Shown: piece by piece, positions 38,711 to 52,229 of the stretch
Numbering within the stretch: position 1 is the stretch's first letter
How the letters are laid out: each line of letters begins with the position of its first letter
Assembly: GCA_951406725.2 (NCBI GenBank)
Contig: OX597814.1
Coordinates: 111,910,001-111,974,000, forward strand
DNA length: 64,000 bases
Origin: Octopus vulgaris
Taxonomy: Eukaryota
Reading direction: 5' to 3'
Made by a program: the position numbers and the translations under genes
The notes under the pieces: generated by a model
Told to the model about the DNA's origin: nothing
Database searches by the model: none
What the model saw: the letters and a program-made list of their open reading frames with translations, nothing else

Positions 38711-40363
38711 GTGGCCAAAGAGGCAAAAATTGAGTACATCAACATTGAAGATGATGATATCACATTGGCCATAGATGAGATTGACACAAACTCAGCTGCT
38801 GGACCTGATGGATTTCCAGCGATCCTTCTCAAATCATGCAAACGAGCCCTTGCAAAACCGCTACAGCTTCTTTTTCAGAGCTTTCTAGCAAGTGGTGAGC
38901 TCCCATTCAAATTGAAAGAGGGGGTAATATGCCCTATCCATACGGGAGAAAGCAGAGCAGATGCTAAAAAGTATAGGCCTATCTCTCTGATCTCACACAT
39001 CAGCAAAGTCATGGAACGAATAGTCCGCAAGAAACTAATCATGTTCCTTGAAGAAAATGACTTGCTGACTGACACCCAGAATGGATTTCGACCAGGTAGA
39101 AGCTGCCTAACACAGCTCATGCAACACTATGACTGGGTGTTAAAACAGCTACTAAATGGCTCAAATGTGGATGTGATACATCTCGACTTGGCAAAAGCCT
39201 TTGAGAAAGTCGACCACGGTATGATTTGTCACAAACTGCGTGGTCTCGGCATAGGCGGAAAATTTGGAGAGTGGCTGCACAACTCCCTAAAAGATAGAAG
39301 GCAGGCAGTTGTGACCAATGGAGCCACCTCCAAGGAAACACAAATAACAAGCGGTGTTCCACAAGGCACTGTCTTGGGGCCACTGGTGTTCATGGTGGCC
39401 CTTTCAGACATGCCCTCAGTTGCTAAGATGGCCACCCTTGCTAGCTATGCAGATGACACAAAAGTCTCCCACACAATACAAAACCATGGAAATATTGCAC
39501 ATCTGCAACAGGAGTTGGATACAATATACAGGTGGGCTGAGGACAACAACATGCAGTTTAACGCAGGTAAGTTCCGGGCCCTGCGCTACCGGCACACAAA
39601 GGTAAACGATATGCAGACTGGATACACTGGCCCGGGAAGAATTGCAATCCCTGAGTCAAAATCAGTACGTGACCTGGGCATTGACATGAGCAATGATGCA
39701 TCTTTCCAAGTGCATATTACTAATCTGGTGATAAAATGCAGACGGCTAGCTGGATGGATTCTCCGAACTTTCAGAACAAGAGAGAAGGAGACACTGATAG
39801 TCCTGTGGAAAACTTTCGTCCTCAGCCGCTTGGACTACTGCTCCCAACTATGGTCACCACACAATATAAAAATAACAGCAGAACTCGAAGCAATTCAAAG
39901 AAGCTACACAAAGAAGATCGTCTCAATGCAACATATCAGCTCCTGGGAAAGACTGAAAGTATTAAAACTCTTCTCCCTAGAGCGAAGGCTGGAGAGATAT
40001 GCGGTGATATACATCTGGAAAACCCTGGAAGGTCTTGTCCCAAACTTTGGCATTCAAAGTTACCCCAACCGCAGAACGGGGCGCCACTGCATGGTGCCAA
40101 AGATTCCAACATCACCATCAAAATACAGGACCAGATACTGCAACAGCTTGGGTTTCAGAGGACCACAGCTCTTTAACATCCTCCCTAAATGCCTGAGAGA
40201 CTTGCATGGTATGGATGTGGGTTTCTTTAAAACTAAATTGGATCTCTTCTTGTCGGGGGTCCCACATGAACCTACCTCACGACAGGAGACACAGATGCGG
40301 GCAGCAGTATCGAACTCCCTTGTTGACCAAGTGCTATGTATCAGAGGTGTATTCACATATTAG
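38711..40363 (+). CDS. Reverse transcriptase domain of CR1-group LINE ORF2 (open 550-aa segment)
   Basis: AGPDGFP, YRPISLISHISKVMERIV, QNGFRPGRSCLTQL, LDLAKAFEKVDH, SGVPQGTVLGP, YADDTK, VRDLGI, LDYCSQLWSP, LFSLERR. Confidence 0.93.
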   Translation: MAKEAKIEYINIEDDDITLAIDEIDTNSAAGPDGFPAILLKSCKRALAKPLQLLFQSFLASGELPFKLKEGVICPIHTGESRADAKKYRPISLISHISKVMERIVRKKLIMFLEENDLLTDTQNGFRPGRSCLTQLMQHYDWVLKQLLNGSNVDVIHLDLAKAFEKVDHGMICHKLRGLGIGGKFGEWLHNSLKDRRQAVVTNGATSKETQITSGVPQGTVLGPLVFMVALSDMPSVAKMATLASYADDTKVSHTIQNHGNIAHLQQELDTIYRWAEDNNMQFNAGKFRALRYRHTKVNDMQTGYTGPGRIAIPESKSVRDLGIDMSNDASFQVHITNLVIKCRRLAGWILRTFRTREKETLIVLWKTFVLSRLDYCSQLWSPHNIKITAELEAIQRSYTKKIVSMQHISSWERLKVLKLFSLERRLERYAVIYIWKTLEGLVPNFGIQSYPNRRTGRHCMVPKIPTSPSKYRTRYCNSLGFRGPQLFNILPKCLRDLHGMDVGFFKTKLDLFLSGVPHEPTSRQETQMRAAVSNSLVDQVLCIRGVFTY

Positions 40364-40470
40364 TGTAGCTCATTCAGCGGTGGTGCCCCAGCATGGCCGA
40401 GGCCTTCGGGCTAAAACATTTTTAAGGATTTAAGGATTTATATATATCTATCTATATAAATCTATATCTA

Positions 40471-40560
<90 letters not shown>

Positions 40561-40565
<5 letters not shown>

Positions 40566-41376
40566 ATATATATAAAACTGAGAATGTGTGTGTGTGTGTG
40601 TGTCTGTCTGTCTGTGTGTTTCCCTAAAACTTGAGAACTACGCAACCAATTTCATTCAAATTTTACACATGCCTTACTTAGGATCCATGTAATTTTATGG
40701 GCAAAAAAAATGTTCAACTACTTGCCTAGAGCGAGCCCATAGCAATATCATATCTTCTCCACTATTTCAGTATTACGTGTTAAAAGTGAAACAAAAACGT
40801 TTCTCTATTTTATGTCAGATACTATTTTATGTCAGAAAAGACTATTGTCTATAAAGTATACAATGTAGAGATAAAAGAAGATTTGAACACATGGAGGAAA
40901 GCACCTTCGAAAAGTGTCTTGGTGCGACTATGAAAGGTATCTAATCAGAGGCGGTAAATTCGCCACAGCAGAAGCAAGGTTCGAGTCAACGGAGCGTGCA
41001 AGGAAGTACTCGACTCGAACTTGCAAAGTGGAAATATTTTATTTTTACCTTTATATCTGGGACATAGGACGTCCCGGAAAAAAATTTAAAATGCCCCCCC
41101 CCCCAGAAGTAGAGGTTGGCTGGATTGTAGCCACACTTCTTTACAAGAGGGAGGACAAGATACAATTGATCGAAATTACAAGAGACGGGCTAACAATTCC
41201 AGTCTGTTATATATTTTGAGTATTGTTATCACTAGCGATATCAAGATATAACTTTGTATTTTGTAATTTATGTGAAGATGTATATATATAGATGTACATG
41301 TAATATGTACACATATATATACACATATATACATACACTAGCACTATGACCCAGCAACGACGGGTCTTTAATGCTA

Positions 41377-41377
<1 letters not shown>
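40561..41377 (+). mobile_element. Non-autonomous Helitron
   Basis: A|TC start (TCTTTATATATATAAAA...(CTGT)n...ACCAATTTCATTCAAATTT), subterminal hairpin GACCC-n9-GGGTC, end CTAG|T, no TSD. Confidence 0.85.
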
Positions 41378-41409
<32 letters not shown>

Positions 41410-41414
<5 letters not shown>

Positions 41415-41711
41415 ATCACGTGACCGACCAGACCATCTGATGTTGTTACACATCACTGGTCACAATGCGTTCGCATTGTTTTAGCCTTCGAATGACGCCA
41501 CCCCGCTGGCTAAGCGAGCAGGCCAACAGAAGAAAGAGTGGGAGAAAAAGTGGTGAAAGAGTACAGCAGGGATCACCACCCCCTGCCGGAGCGTCGTGGA
41601 GCTTTTAGGTGTTTTCGCTCAATAAACACTCACGACGCCCGGTCTGGGAATCGAAACCGCGATCCTACGACCGCGAGTCCGCTGCCCTAACCATTGGGCC
41701 ATTGCACCTCC
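41410..41711 (-). mobile_element. tRNA-derived SINE family D
   Basis: Minus-strand head GGAGGTGCAATGGCCCAATGGTTAGGGCAGCGGACTCGCGGTC...GGTTTCGATTCCC, homologous to 34197. Confidence 0.85.
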
Positions 41712-41783
41712 ACATGTTGATTCGCTAGCTTCTGCACGCATTTTTTTCTCTCCTTGTTTCTCTCCGTGTTTCTTTTCTGTGTA

Positions 41784-41821
41784 TCTTTCTGTTGAAGAGC
41801 GTAGGCTCGAAACGTAAAAGA
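41784..41821 (+). ncRNA. Minimal hammerhead-like motif (core CTGTTGA) in Penelope-like fragment ~41725-41920
   Basis: TCTTT-CTGTTGA-A-GAGC gtag GCTC-GAAA-CG-TA-AAAGA with perfect helices I and II. Confidence 0.62.
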
Positions 41822-41918
41822 CTTGTTTTATTTATATTCCTGAGCGCCATACTAATACAATTGTTTGTTTGTATTCCACCTGCCTTCGTCTTTTGTTTAT
41901 TTTCATAAAGCTTCCCGT

Positions 41919-41944
<26 letters not shown>

Positions 41945-41949
<5 letters not shown>

Positions 41950-42140
41950 TGCCCACCGGATGCTCCAAATCACATAAGCAAGTTTGAAGATTGCCTCACA
42001 AGAATTAAAGAAATCCTCAGGAATCTGGAACACCACGTGACCATATTTCTTATGGGTGATTTCAACTTCCCCAACGTCAAATGGTCCGAAGGTCTCATAC
42101 TCTCAGGAATGAATCATTGCAAGCAAGTACAGGTGGAGTC
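41945..42140 (+). pseudogene. Isolated APE endonuclease fragment of a related CR1-group LINE
   Basis: YCPPDAPNHISKFEDCLTRIKEILRNLEHHVTIFLMGDFNFPNVKW aligns with YRPPDVPNHTGIFEDCLTKIEVL...MGDFN at 37730-37875. Confidence 0.85.
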
Positions 42141-43030
42141 CAAGTTATATCTTGATATCGTTAGTGATAACAATAATCAAAATATATAACAGACTGGAAT
42201 TGTAGGCCCGTCTCTTGCAATTTCGATCAATTGGATCTTGTCCTACCTCTTGTATAGAAGTGTACGGCTGCAGCAAAATTCATTTTTGGACTTTCTTCTA
42301 TCGAAGGCATTTTGACAAGAATGCTTCCGTAAAACGGTGAAAATATTGTCAATTTCCCCAAACTGGGACACAATTCAATTTTTAAACAGTAACCAAAGCC
42401 CCATCCCCGAAAGGGGGAGGGTTACGGTTTACAATTATTTAACAAATACAACACAACAACGTTTCCCTGACGAAGAACCAACAAACGTGATTACAATAGT
42501 CAAACAGTAATAATAATAAGAACAAACCTTTTTAATTTATCCCCATTTATGTGAAACCACTTATTCAAGTTCAAGTCATTGATGCAATTTTATACGAATT
42601 GCTAATACACACACACACACACATAATAAGGGTGAAAAATTGAATATTAATTTGATTAATATGAATTGAAAACCAGTGGTGTAGCATATAAGACCATAGC
42701 GGATCTTCTTCTATCAAAATGGATGACCACTGTTAATGGTTAATCCCTGTTATATAATACTTTCACTTTAATAGTTTCAGTATTAAAATGAAAGTGTCTG
42801 CATTACAATAGAGAAATGTTTTTGTTTCACTTTTAACACGTAATACTGAAATAGTAGAGAAGATATGATATTGCTGTGGGGTCGCCCTAGGGAAAAAGTT
42901 AAGAAAAAGTTGCCGATGACACCTCCCGGACCTTAAGTAAGGCATGTGTAAAATTTGAATGAAATTGGTTGTGTAGTTCTCAAGTTTTACGGAAACACAC
43001 AGACAGACAGACAGATATATAGAGAGATAA
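42141..43030 (-). mobile_element. Second, 3'-truncated copy of the Helitron family
   Basis: ~42790-43015 is the reverse complement of 40600-40825, and ~42141-42270 is the reverse complement of 41128-41253. Confidence 0.75.
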
Positions 43031-43497
43031 CATAATACATATATGTATAATATATAATACATATGCACATACACACACATGTACATATTCTATGCATATG
43101 CACTTACATACATGCATACAAACATATATATATGCGTGTGCATGTGCATGTGTGTGTGTGTGTATGTGTGTGTGTGTGTGAGTGTGTGTGTATGTGTGTG
43201 CATGTGTGTGCTTATAGTGCGTATTTTAAGCCTGTCAATCAATAAAAGTATTTTGATGAAAATTCCTTCAGCGCAAGTGTTGGGTAATAACTATGTCAAT
43301 TTAGAAAATTTGATTTAAGAAAATATTGCGCGCGTGCGCACGTGTATGGAATTGTATATCTGTGTATGGACTCGTGTTAGTGCATGTATGTGTTCGTGTG
43401 CGCCTGAGTGGGTATTTCAATGCGCATCGTTAGGTCATAGGAAATAAAGAACGTTGGGATGTGTTTGTGTGGATGTGTTTGAAAGTGTGAGCTGGAG

Positions 43498-43535
<38 letters not shown>

Positions 43536-43711
43536 AGGAGAGAGATACAGAAAAAGAGGGCGAGGAGAGATATATAGAAAGATTATATATCAGACTATGA
43601 AAAGGTGGGTCAGATGAATTGTTATTGGTCCATTGGTGGGGGACAAGGAAAGAGAAATAAACGAAATGTAAGGAATAACAACGATGAAATGAGGAACGTT
43701 GGAGTTAAAGT

Positions 43712-43765
<54 letters not shown>

Positions 43766-43781
43766 CATACATATATATACA

Positions 43782-43823
<42 letters not shown>

Positions 43824-43834
43824 TATATATAGAT

Positions 43835-43896
<62 letters not shown>

Positions 43897-44001
43897 GAAA
43901 AAAGGAGAGAGAGAGAGAGAAATGCTGGGGAGATAATTGTGACAAGCATACGTTAGAAATATGAGAGACAGATATATATATATACACATGTGTGTGCGCA
44001 C

Positions 44002-44044
<43 letters not shown>

Positions 44045-44166
44045 CATTTGTGTATGTATATTATATCGAAAGATAAATATGTAGTTAAATAGAAAGACAA
44101 ATATATAGACAGATTATGTATATCTATGTATATAAATGAATGTATAGTTAGGGATTGTATGCATAA

Positions 44167-44220
<54 letters not shown>

Positions 44221-44757
44221 ATGTGTATGTGTGTGTGTGTATGTGTGTATTTATAGATAGATAGATAGTGAGTGAGTGAGTTAGTTGAAAAGATACGAAT
44301 GAGAAAATTATAGTTTTCAGACAGACAGAAATTGTGATTTAATTCGGTTACAAGCGAATAAGAGACTCGGAAAAGTAATTCCAATTCAAATGTCTGTCTT
44401 GAAGAAAGAATCTCCTTTTTGAAAGGTTGTAAAAATTGACTGAATGTTTTCGTAATCTAATTGTCACTGATTGACCAAGTGACAATATTTTAAGACGAAC
44501 GAGAATTTTAAAAAACTGTTTTTCATTTGCTGCAGCCACGAAAATTAAGGACCAAAAAACTAAGCACAGAAAATAAAAAAAGAAAAATACAACAACAACA
44601 AAAGGCAAGCAGTCGCGTGTGATACACGGCTGCGTATTGTACACGGTGACTGAGAAGTCTCTTTAGCATTTCTATTATTACTTTTCTTTGTTACAATTTG
44701 ATTTTTATATATTTATTATAGAAACTTTTCGATTATGTATGAATGCATGTATGTATG

Positions 44758-44843
<86 letters not shown>

Positions 44844-45134
44844 TGTATGTATATATATATGTATGTATGCACACACTTTATTTGTGAGTTAACAGTTATA
44901 AAGAATCTTTTTGTAAGAAACCATTGGTAACTTTATTAACCCCTCAAATAAAGAATATTTATCCAATAATGCGGTGTTGAGTACAAATTCTCACTTCTTG
45001 ATTTCACACACACACGTATATATATATATATAGATAGATATATATAAATTAATAAATAAAATAAAACATATGCATATATACATACATATATATATACGTA
45101 CCTACCTCTACATGTATATATACATGCAGATATG

Positions 45135-45720
45135 GGTACAGGACACCAAAAAACGTCGAACACAATGAGAAACGAAAACATAAACACAAAACCAAGGAAA
45201 TGGACATTTTTCTTAAACAACGAAAAAATAGAGTACAGGACATAAAATACAAGGAAAATTCCCCTTCTTCAGTCGCCTCTGTTTTATCTACTCCGCGTTT
45301 CGAATGTCAAGGCGAGACACGACCTCAATAAAACATTCCTTCCCGCAAAAGGCAAGTTAAATAAAATTTGAGATTTTTTTGCGGAGGGGTAAAAATGGTA
45401 ACAAAAACAGGACAGTAAAGACAGTACAAAATATAAACAGTAAAGGACAGAACAAAGAGAATAACAGTAACACAAACATTGAGAGCTGTTAAGCCAGAAT
45501 GAAAGAAAAAATATTATGAACGCTTTTGTGAACGGCAAGAGAGAGACATGAAAGCCATCCACACTTGAAGGAAGCCAGGTCAGAAAGACAGTAGCAGAGC
45601 TCTCGTCGCGGGTCAACGACGGGAGGGAGGAGGAGGGGCAAGAGAAAGGGAGAGAAAAAAGGGAATGGTTGTAGAGAAAACCAGAAAGAATGAAGAATGA
45701 GAGAGAGAGAGAGAGAGGGG
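45135..45720 (-). mobile_element. Penelope-like non-coding fragment between TA repeats
   Basis: Homologous motifs to 17745-17950 and 27520-27670; minus strand has TTCGAAACGCGGAGTAGAT...ACTGAAGAAGGGG. Confidence 0.45.
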
Positions 45721-46134
45721 GAGACATATATATATATATATGTTTCTATGGCGCAATTTATTAAATAGAGAAATAAGGGGAGGTAATTTTTTTAGGGGTT
45801 TCTTTAATTGTTGTATTCCTTGTAACGACTTTGATATTTTTGTTGAAAAATGTTGGTAAAATGTCCATGTTTTTTTTCTTCCAATACAGTTTAATTGCAC
45901 TATACGTATACATTTAGAAACAGGCTGTGGAAGTATCTACACGTATGTACCGGTTATTTCATGAGGTTTACAAAATTTTAAACGTTTTTGTTTCTTTTTC
46001 AGTTGATTATGTAGCTGAAATTTATTTGAAAATTCGCATGGTGGTGGGTGTCAATAAGATAACAAAGATTCCACGAAGAAGTCGATGATATAAGTTTGCC
46101 GAACATTGCATTGAAGGAACATAAGGATGTTTTG

Positions 46135-46346
46135 TAAGCACATGCGTAGCTGTGTGGGAAGAAGATTGCTTCCTAACCACATGGTTTCTGGTTCAACAAA
46201 TTCTACTATATTCTCGTGCAGACCAAAGCTTTGTGAATGAATTTGATCGACAGAAACTAAAAGAAGCCCGTCGTGTATACATAAATGCATACATACATAC
46301 AAACATACATACAAACATATATATATATATATATACATATATATAC

Positions 46347-46437
<91 letters not shown>

Positions 46438-46750
46438 CATACATATATATACACATACATACATACTTATATGTTATTATTTTTAAATTGTTACAATAGA
46501 TAATAATAGTATGTATGTTTATGTGTGTCTTTATGTATGTTTCCCTACCACCACCACCACCACCACCACCGCTTGACGAAGGTGTTGGTTTGTGTTCATC
46601 CTCATAACTTAGCGATTCGGTAAAATGGATCGATAAAATAAGTCCAAGGCTTAAGGAATATAAGTGCTAGGGTGGATTAATTCATCTAAAAATTCTTGAA
46701 GGCGATGCCCTAGCACGGCCGCGGTCTAATGACTGAAACACGTAAAAGAA
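46135..46750 (+). mobile_element. SINE family A with an expanded internal microsatellite
   Basis: Degenerate head at ~46140-46275 and tail GGCGATGCCCTAGCACGGCCGCGGTCTAATGACTGAAAC. Confidence 0.8.
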
Positions 46751-47249
46751 AAGATAGATATGGCAAAACATGTTGTTTTATCCGGCATTCTTTTCTTGTT
46801 ATCCGGCACCCTTCTGAATCTCCCATTCTTTTAACTTAATGCCTCATGACTTCATGCAATTCACGAATCAATATACCATTCTAATAACAAAGTAATTGTA
46901 GAAATGTTTGTCAGAATCTTCGGACAGGTTCTGTTAGCATATAAAAGCTGTTACGAATATGTTTTGAAATGACATCATTTGGTGATGTCAAACTTGTGTT
47001 TGATGTGTTCCCCTGACAACAACCATTCGGACTTCCTCTAACTGATAGTTTGAACTGACAATCTTACGTTAAATAATCTTACATCTTTTTTTTTAATCTT
47101 CTACTTGTTTCAGTCATTAGACTACGGCCATGCTGAGGCTCTGCCTTGAAGAATTTTTAGTTGAACGAATTAGCACCACTACTTACCATTTCAAAGCCTT
47201 GTACTTATTCTATCGGTTTCTTTTACGGAACCTCTTTGCTACAAACGCG

Positions 47250-47920
47250 TAAATAGAACCTATGATATACAGTGAGTAATCATAAACAACAATTTGAAGA
47301 AGAATAAAGGACGCACTTGAGATAGAAATGAAACAATTTGAAGATGGTATTGATAGTTTAATTTTTGCATATCTGCGTACTTTTAATTTTGAACTGGTTT
47401 TGGTGCGAATATTTTACTGCATTGAAAGTGCTTTATGTAAGATGTGTGCGGTGCCTAGTAGTTCTATTTTCTGTATGTTATACTTATTGGAAAGTCCTGG
47501 TGTTTTGGTTATGTATTTGTCTGAATGTTTTTAACCATACCTAATGCACCTTATAAAGATTGTCTCTGTCTTTTGGCTCCACATTCGGGTTACCTCTATT
47601 TCCAGATCTTTGTACTTTGAGAGTTTCTCCGTTTCTTTTAGAGATACATTGTCATCTCTTGGGATTGATTCAGCTATTAGAAAGCATTTTTTTTAATGAT
47701 GATCTCTGACAACTATATCCGGTCTATTAGCAACTGCTTGCTTCTGTTGGCATATCTCAGAGTATGGTTACTTTGTTATTTTCTGAGACTATTTCTGGGG
47801 TGTGCCTATACTATCTTTTTCTGTTGTCACTACATAGTGGTAGCATAGCTTCCAGTGTATGTAGGTCCCAACTCTTTCGTGTCTGTGAATATATTCCTTC
47901 TTAGCCAGGACTGGGCAGCC
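47250..47920 (-). pseudogene. R4/Dong-like non-LTR retrotransposon 3' fragment (restriction-like endonuclease)
   Basis: Minus-strand relic CPVLAKKEYIHRHERVGTYIHWKLC...RPDIVVRD...KETEKLSKYKDLEIEVTRMW...GALGMV...LGTAHILHKALSMQ*. Confidence 0.85.
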
Positions 47921-48029
47921 AGAGATAATATGATTTATAATTTCTTCTCCATCACCACATATTCTACAATTACTTGTATTTTTCTTCCTTATGTGTTTCT
48001 GGTGGTTTCTGGTGAGAATGCTTTGATCT

Positions 48030-48586
48030 TAGTGCTTGAAAATGACTACATCTCACTCCTCTGGAACTTCACCGTTCAAACTGACAGAAAGATAACTGCG
48101 ATTAGGCCAGACATATTGAAATACTTCAGACAAAGATCATGCCTCTTCATTGATATGACTGTTCCAATCGACATAAAAAGTACTTGTCAAGACCTACCAA
48201 AAACTGAGCAGGTATAAAGATCTTGAAATAGAAATTGGCAAAATGTGGAACTTGAAGACTAAAACAACACCTGATGTCGTCGGAATGATAGCAAAAGGGA
48301 CTGATTCCTTGCTCAGATATCAGGAAATCCCAAAATGGTAGAAATTCAAAAAGATCGTGCACATGGAAACTGCCCATATCCTACGTAAAATACTATCTAT
48401 GTAATCTCAAATTTTAAAACAAACTTCTTACGTTTTCTTAAGCATTTTTTAGAACAATACTATGTGCAAAACCAAATATATGACACCTTAGGCATGACAC
48501 CAACTTGAACTTCTAACATGTTGTCTCTTGAGGTCTCTGGGTGAGACTTGGAGTCAACTTGTACAAATACAAAGCAAAAGTCAAAC

Positions 48587-48590
<4 letters not shown>
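48030..48590 (+). pseudogene. R4/Dong-like retrotransposon 3' end abutting (TAA)n
   Basis: VLENDYISLLWNFTVQTDRKITAIRPDI...IDMTVPID...KLSRYKDLEIEIGKMW...TAHILRKILSM*, then a 3' UTR and (TAA)n at 48590. TAA targeting is established for Dong elements. Confidence 0.85.
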
Positions 48591-48646
<56 letters not shown>

Positions 48647-49550
48647 TGATGATGATGATGATGATGATCATCATCATCATTATTAAACAAACTTTCTTGT
48701 CATAAGTTAGAATGATTTGTCGTCTGGTTTAAGTTTGACGATTAATAAATTTATATATCTGTTTACAGGTATGATTTGCTACTTTTATCAATCTCTCATC
48801 AAACTTCTCCAATCATTATTCTTTTTCAACTTCTATTTCTTTGCTTGTTTGTTTCTTTCTTTCTATTCTCCCCTCCTCTTCATTGCTACTTTTTTTCCGA
48901 TTGTCTATTTACCCTGCAACAAAAGACTGGTTAATTAACTGTATTATTAATAAAAAAGTAAATAAGATTGACGTAAGCACACACACATGCACTTTCACAC
49001 ATACATATATACATACACGTAAATGCATATATGTATATATATGTGTGTGTATATGTGCGTGTGTATATATATATATATATGTGTGTGTGTGTGATGAAAT
49101 TAAAGACATCTCAATAAAATAACAGGTAAAATGATTGGTAAAATCACAACGAAGGAAAAAGAGCAACCAAAAAGGCAAACAAAAAAAAAGAAAAGGAAGC
49201 ATCAAAAGAACAAAAAAAGTAAAGAAAGAAAAAAAGCCACAAAAATTACACACTAACTACAAACAAAAGAGACGGAAAAGAACAAAATAAAGCACAACAG
49301 AAATACAATTGTGATTGGTCCAAAATTTAATAAAACAAGCATTAAATAAACAGCAATAAGAAAGAGAAAAAAATAACATAAGAAAACTAAGAAAACGCCA
49401 GATAAAATATCTTGATATTACAATTACAAAGCGAGAAATAAACGTGAAAAAACACACAAAGAAAGGAAAAAGACAAGCAGAAGGATATTTTGTAATAAGA
49501 AAGTAGAAAGAAGAAAGAGAAGGAAAGGGGAAAAAGATAGATAGATAGAT

Positions 49551-49619
<69 letters not shown>

Positions 49620-49683
49620 CAGACAGATAGATTGATAGACAGATAGACAGATAGACAGACTGACAGACAGATAAATAGATAGA

Positions 49684-49715
<32 letters not shown>

Positions 49716-49724
49716 TAGACAGAC

Positions 49725-49779
<55 letters not shown>

Positions 49780-50061
49780 AAGATGATAGATAGATAGATA
49801 GATGGATAGATGGATAGATAGGGACTGAGAGAGAGTGAGAGAGAGAGAGTGAGAGAGAGAGCAGAGAGAGATAGGTGGAGAGTAAATGAAGGTAATGAAA
49901 AACTAATGAGTAAAGAGTGACTGGGTTTGGTCAAAGTCAACAAACTACCGGCAAAAGAATATCTTTGTGTGTCATTATTAATTACTCTGGCGACTCATTT
50001 AAAGCACAATTGGCAACAGAAGCCGAGTGAGATGGAATTAACAATTTACAGCATATATACA

Positions 50062-50157
<96 letters not shown>

Positions 50158-50379
50158 GGATGCATATGTATGTGTGCATGTATATATATGTGCATATATA
50201 TATGTCTATATATGTGTGTGTATACGTATGCATGTGCGTGTGTATATATATATATATATATATATATGTTTGTATGTGTATATTATATCTTGTATATTTT
50301 GTACGTGTAAATATACGTGCTTGTATATGTATGAGTGCATAAATGAACAAACTACTATGAATATACAAATATTTATGCT

Positions 50380-50439
<60 letters not shown>

Positions 50440-50804
50440 CACACACACACACACATGCACACACACACACACACACACACACAAGGGCGGGAATGTATAT
50501 AAGAGTAACCATGTTTGATTGTTTCAATATGACTATCGTATCTATCTTTCCACACACACACACATTTTATATATGTGTGCGTGTTTGTAGGTGTATCTGT
50601 CTATGTATATATGAGTTTATGTATGTGAGTCCCTTTATTTGCAAAGAAGCTGTTATTTCTGTAGTTTTTCAGAAAAGAATTTGGCGCTTAAAGCTGTAGG
50701 AAAGACATAAAATATAAAGAAATTAAGAGAGAAAGGAAGGAGATGAAAATAGAAACACACACACACACACTGACACACATACGCAAACATACATTCGCAC
50801 ACAG

Positions 50805-50846
<42 letters not shown>

Positions 50847-51232
50847 CATATATATACATATATATATTTATATATATATATATATTTATATATACATATA
50901 CCCATATGTTTATATAAATGGATATATATATATATGTATATATATATATATGTATATACATATATATATGTATATATATATATATACATATATATATATA
51001 CATATATATATACATACATATGTACCTATATGTATACATATACATATATACATGCTTTCGTATTTGTACACATCTATCTATCTGTCTATCTATCTATATA
51101 TCTATGGTTATCTATAAACATTCCAGCATGGCCACAGTATAGGAGTAAAAGAATATATATGTAAATGTATCTATGTGTATATATGTGTGTTTGTGCATGT
51201 TTTATGTGTATGAATATTTATATATATGTATG

Positions 51233-51306
<74 letters not shown>

Positions 51307-51376
51307 CATATGTATATGTTAAATAAATATCTATACATACATGTATGTATGTATATATACATATACATACATACAC

Positions 51377-51414
<38 letters not shown>

Positions 51415-51915
51415 GTATGTATGTATGTATATAAGTATATATAGGTATGTATGTATGTATATTACACACAAACGTAAGAAAAGAATGAGAAAGGAATAGC
51501 AAGAGAGAGAGAGAGAGAGAGATAAAGAGAGAGTGACAGGGCGGGATGTGGAGAGAAAGAGGGTGGAGAAAGAAGGAGAGAGAAAGCAGGTAAGAGTGAT
51601 TGATTTATTTAGAAGTATGTGCACAACTTTAATAACTTACGCATGCGCTCTAGGCCTGTGTACAATGTGAATTTGGAAGCGAAAGACGACTGGTTTAGGA
51701 TGTTAATTTTCTAAATATCTTGTATGTTTGGGGCGGCAATTTGAATTTTCTGAACAAATACACAAATATCGTAGGACTGGAATATGTAGATACTTTCACA
51801 GAGCCTGCTCTTAGCAGTTCAGAGTATACAACTATAAACATGCAACAGCCTGCATGCAGGGATTCCGGGATATTATAGACATACACACACACACATACAT
51901 ACATACATACATACA

Positions 51916-51946
<31 letters not shown>

Positions 51947-51991
51947 GTATGTATATGTATGTATACATATATATGTGTGTATGTATATGTA

Positions 51992-52043
<52 letters not shown>

Positions 52044-52167
52044 CACATATATACATATATATTTATGCACATACACACACACACATATATATATACTCAT
52101 ATACATACATATATTCATATATGCATATGTGTATGTATCGTCTTCGTCTTTTGTTTTTTGTAAAATC

Positions 52168-52229
<62 letters not shown>

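Larger units (their letters stand above)
35840..40440 (+). mobile_element. Near full-length CR1-group LINE, disabled
   Basis: Pyrimidine-rich 5' region, ORF1 relic, APE endonuclease plus RT ORF2, short 3' UTR ending in (TTTAAGGA)n. ATTTATATATAT on both flanks is a candidate TSD; the 5' boundary is less certain. Confidence 0.9.
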
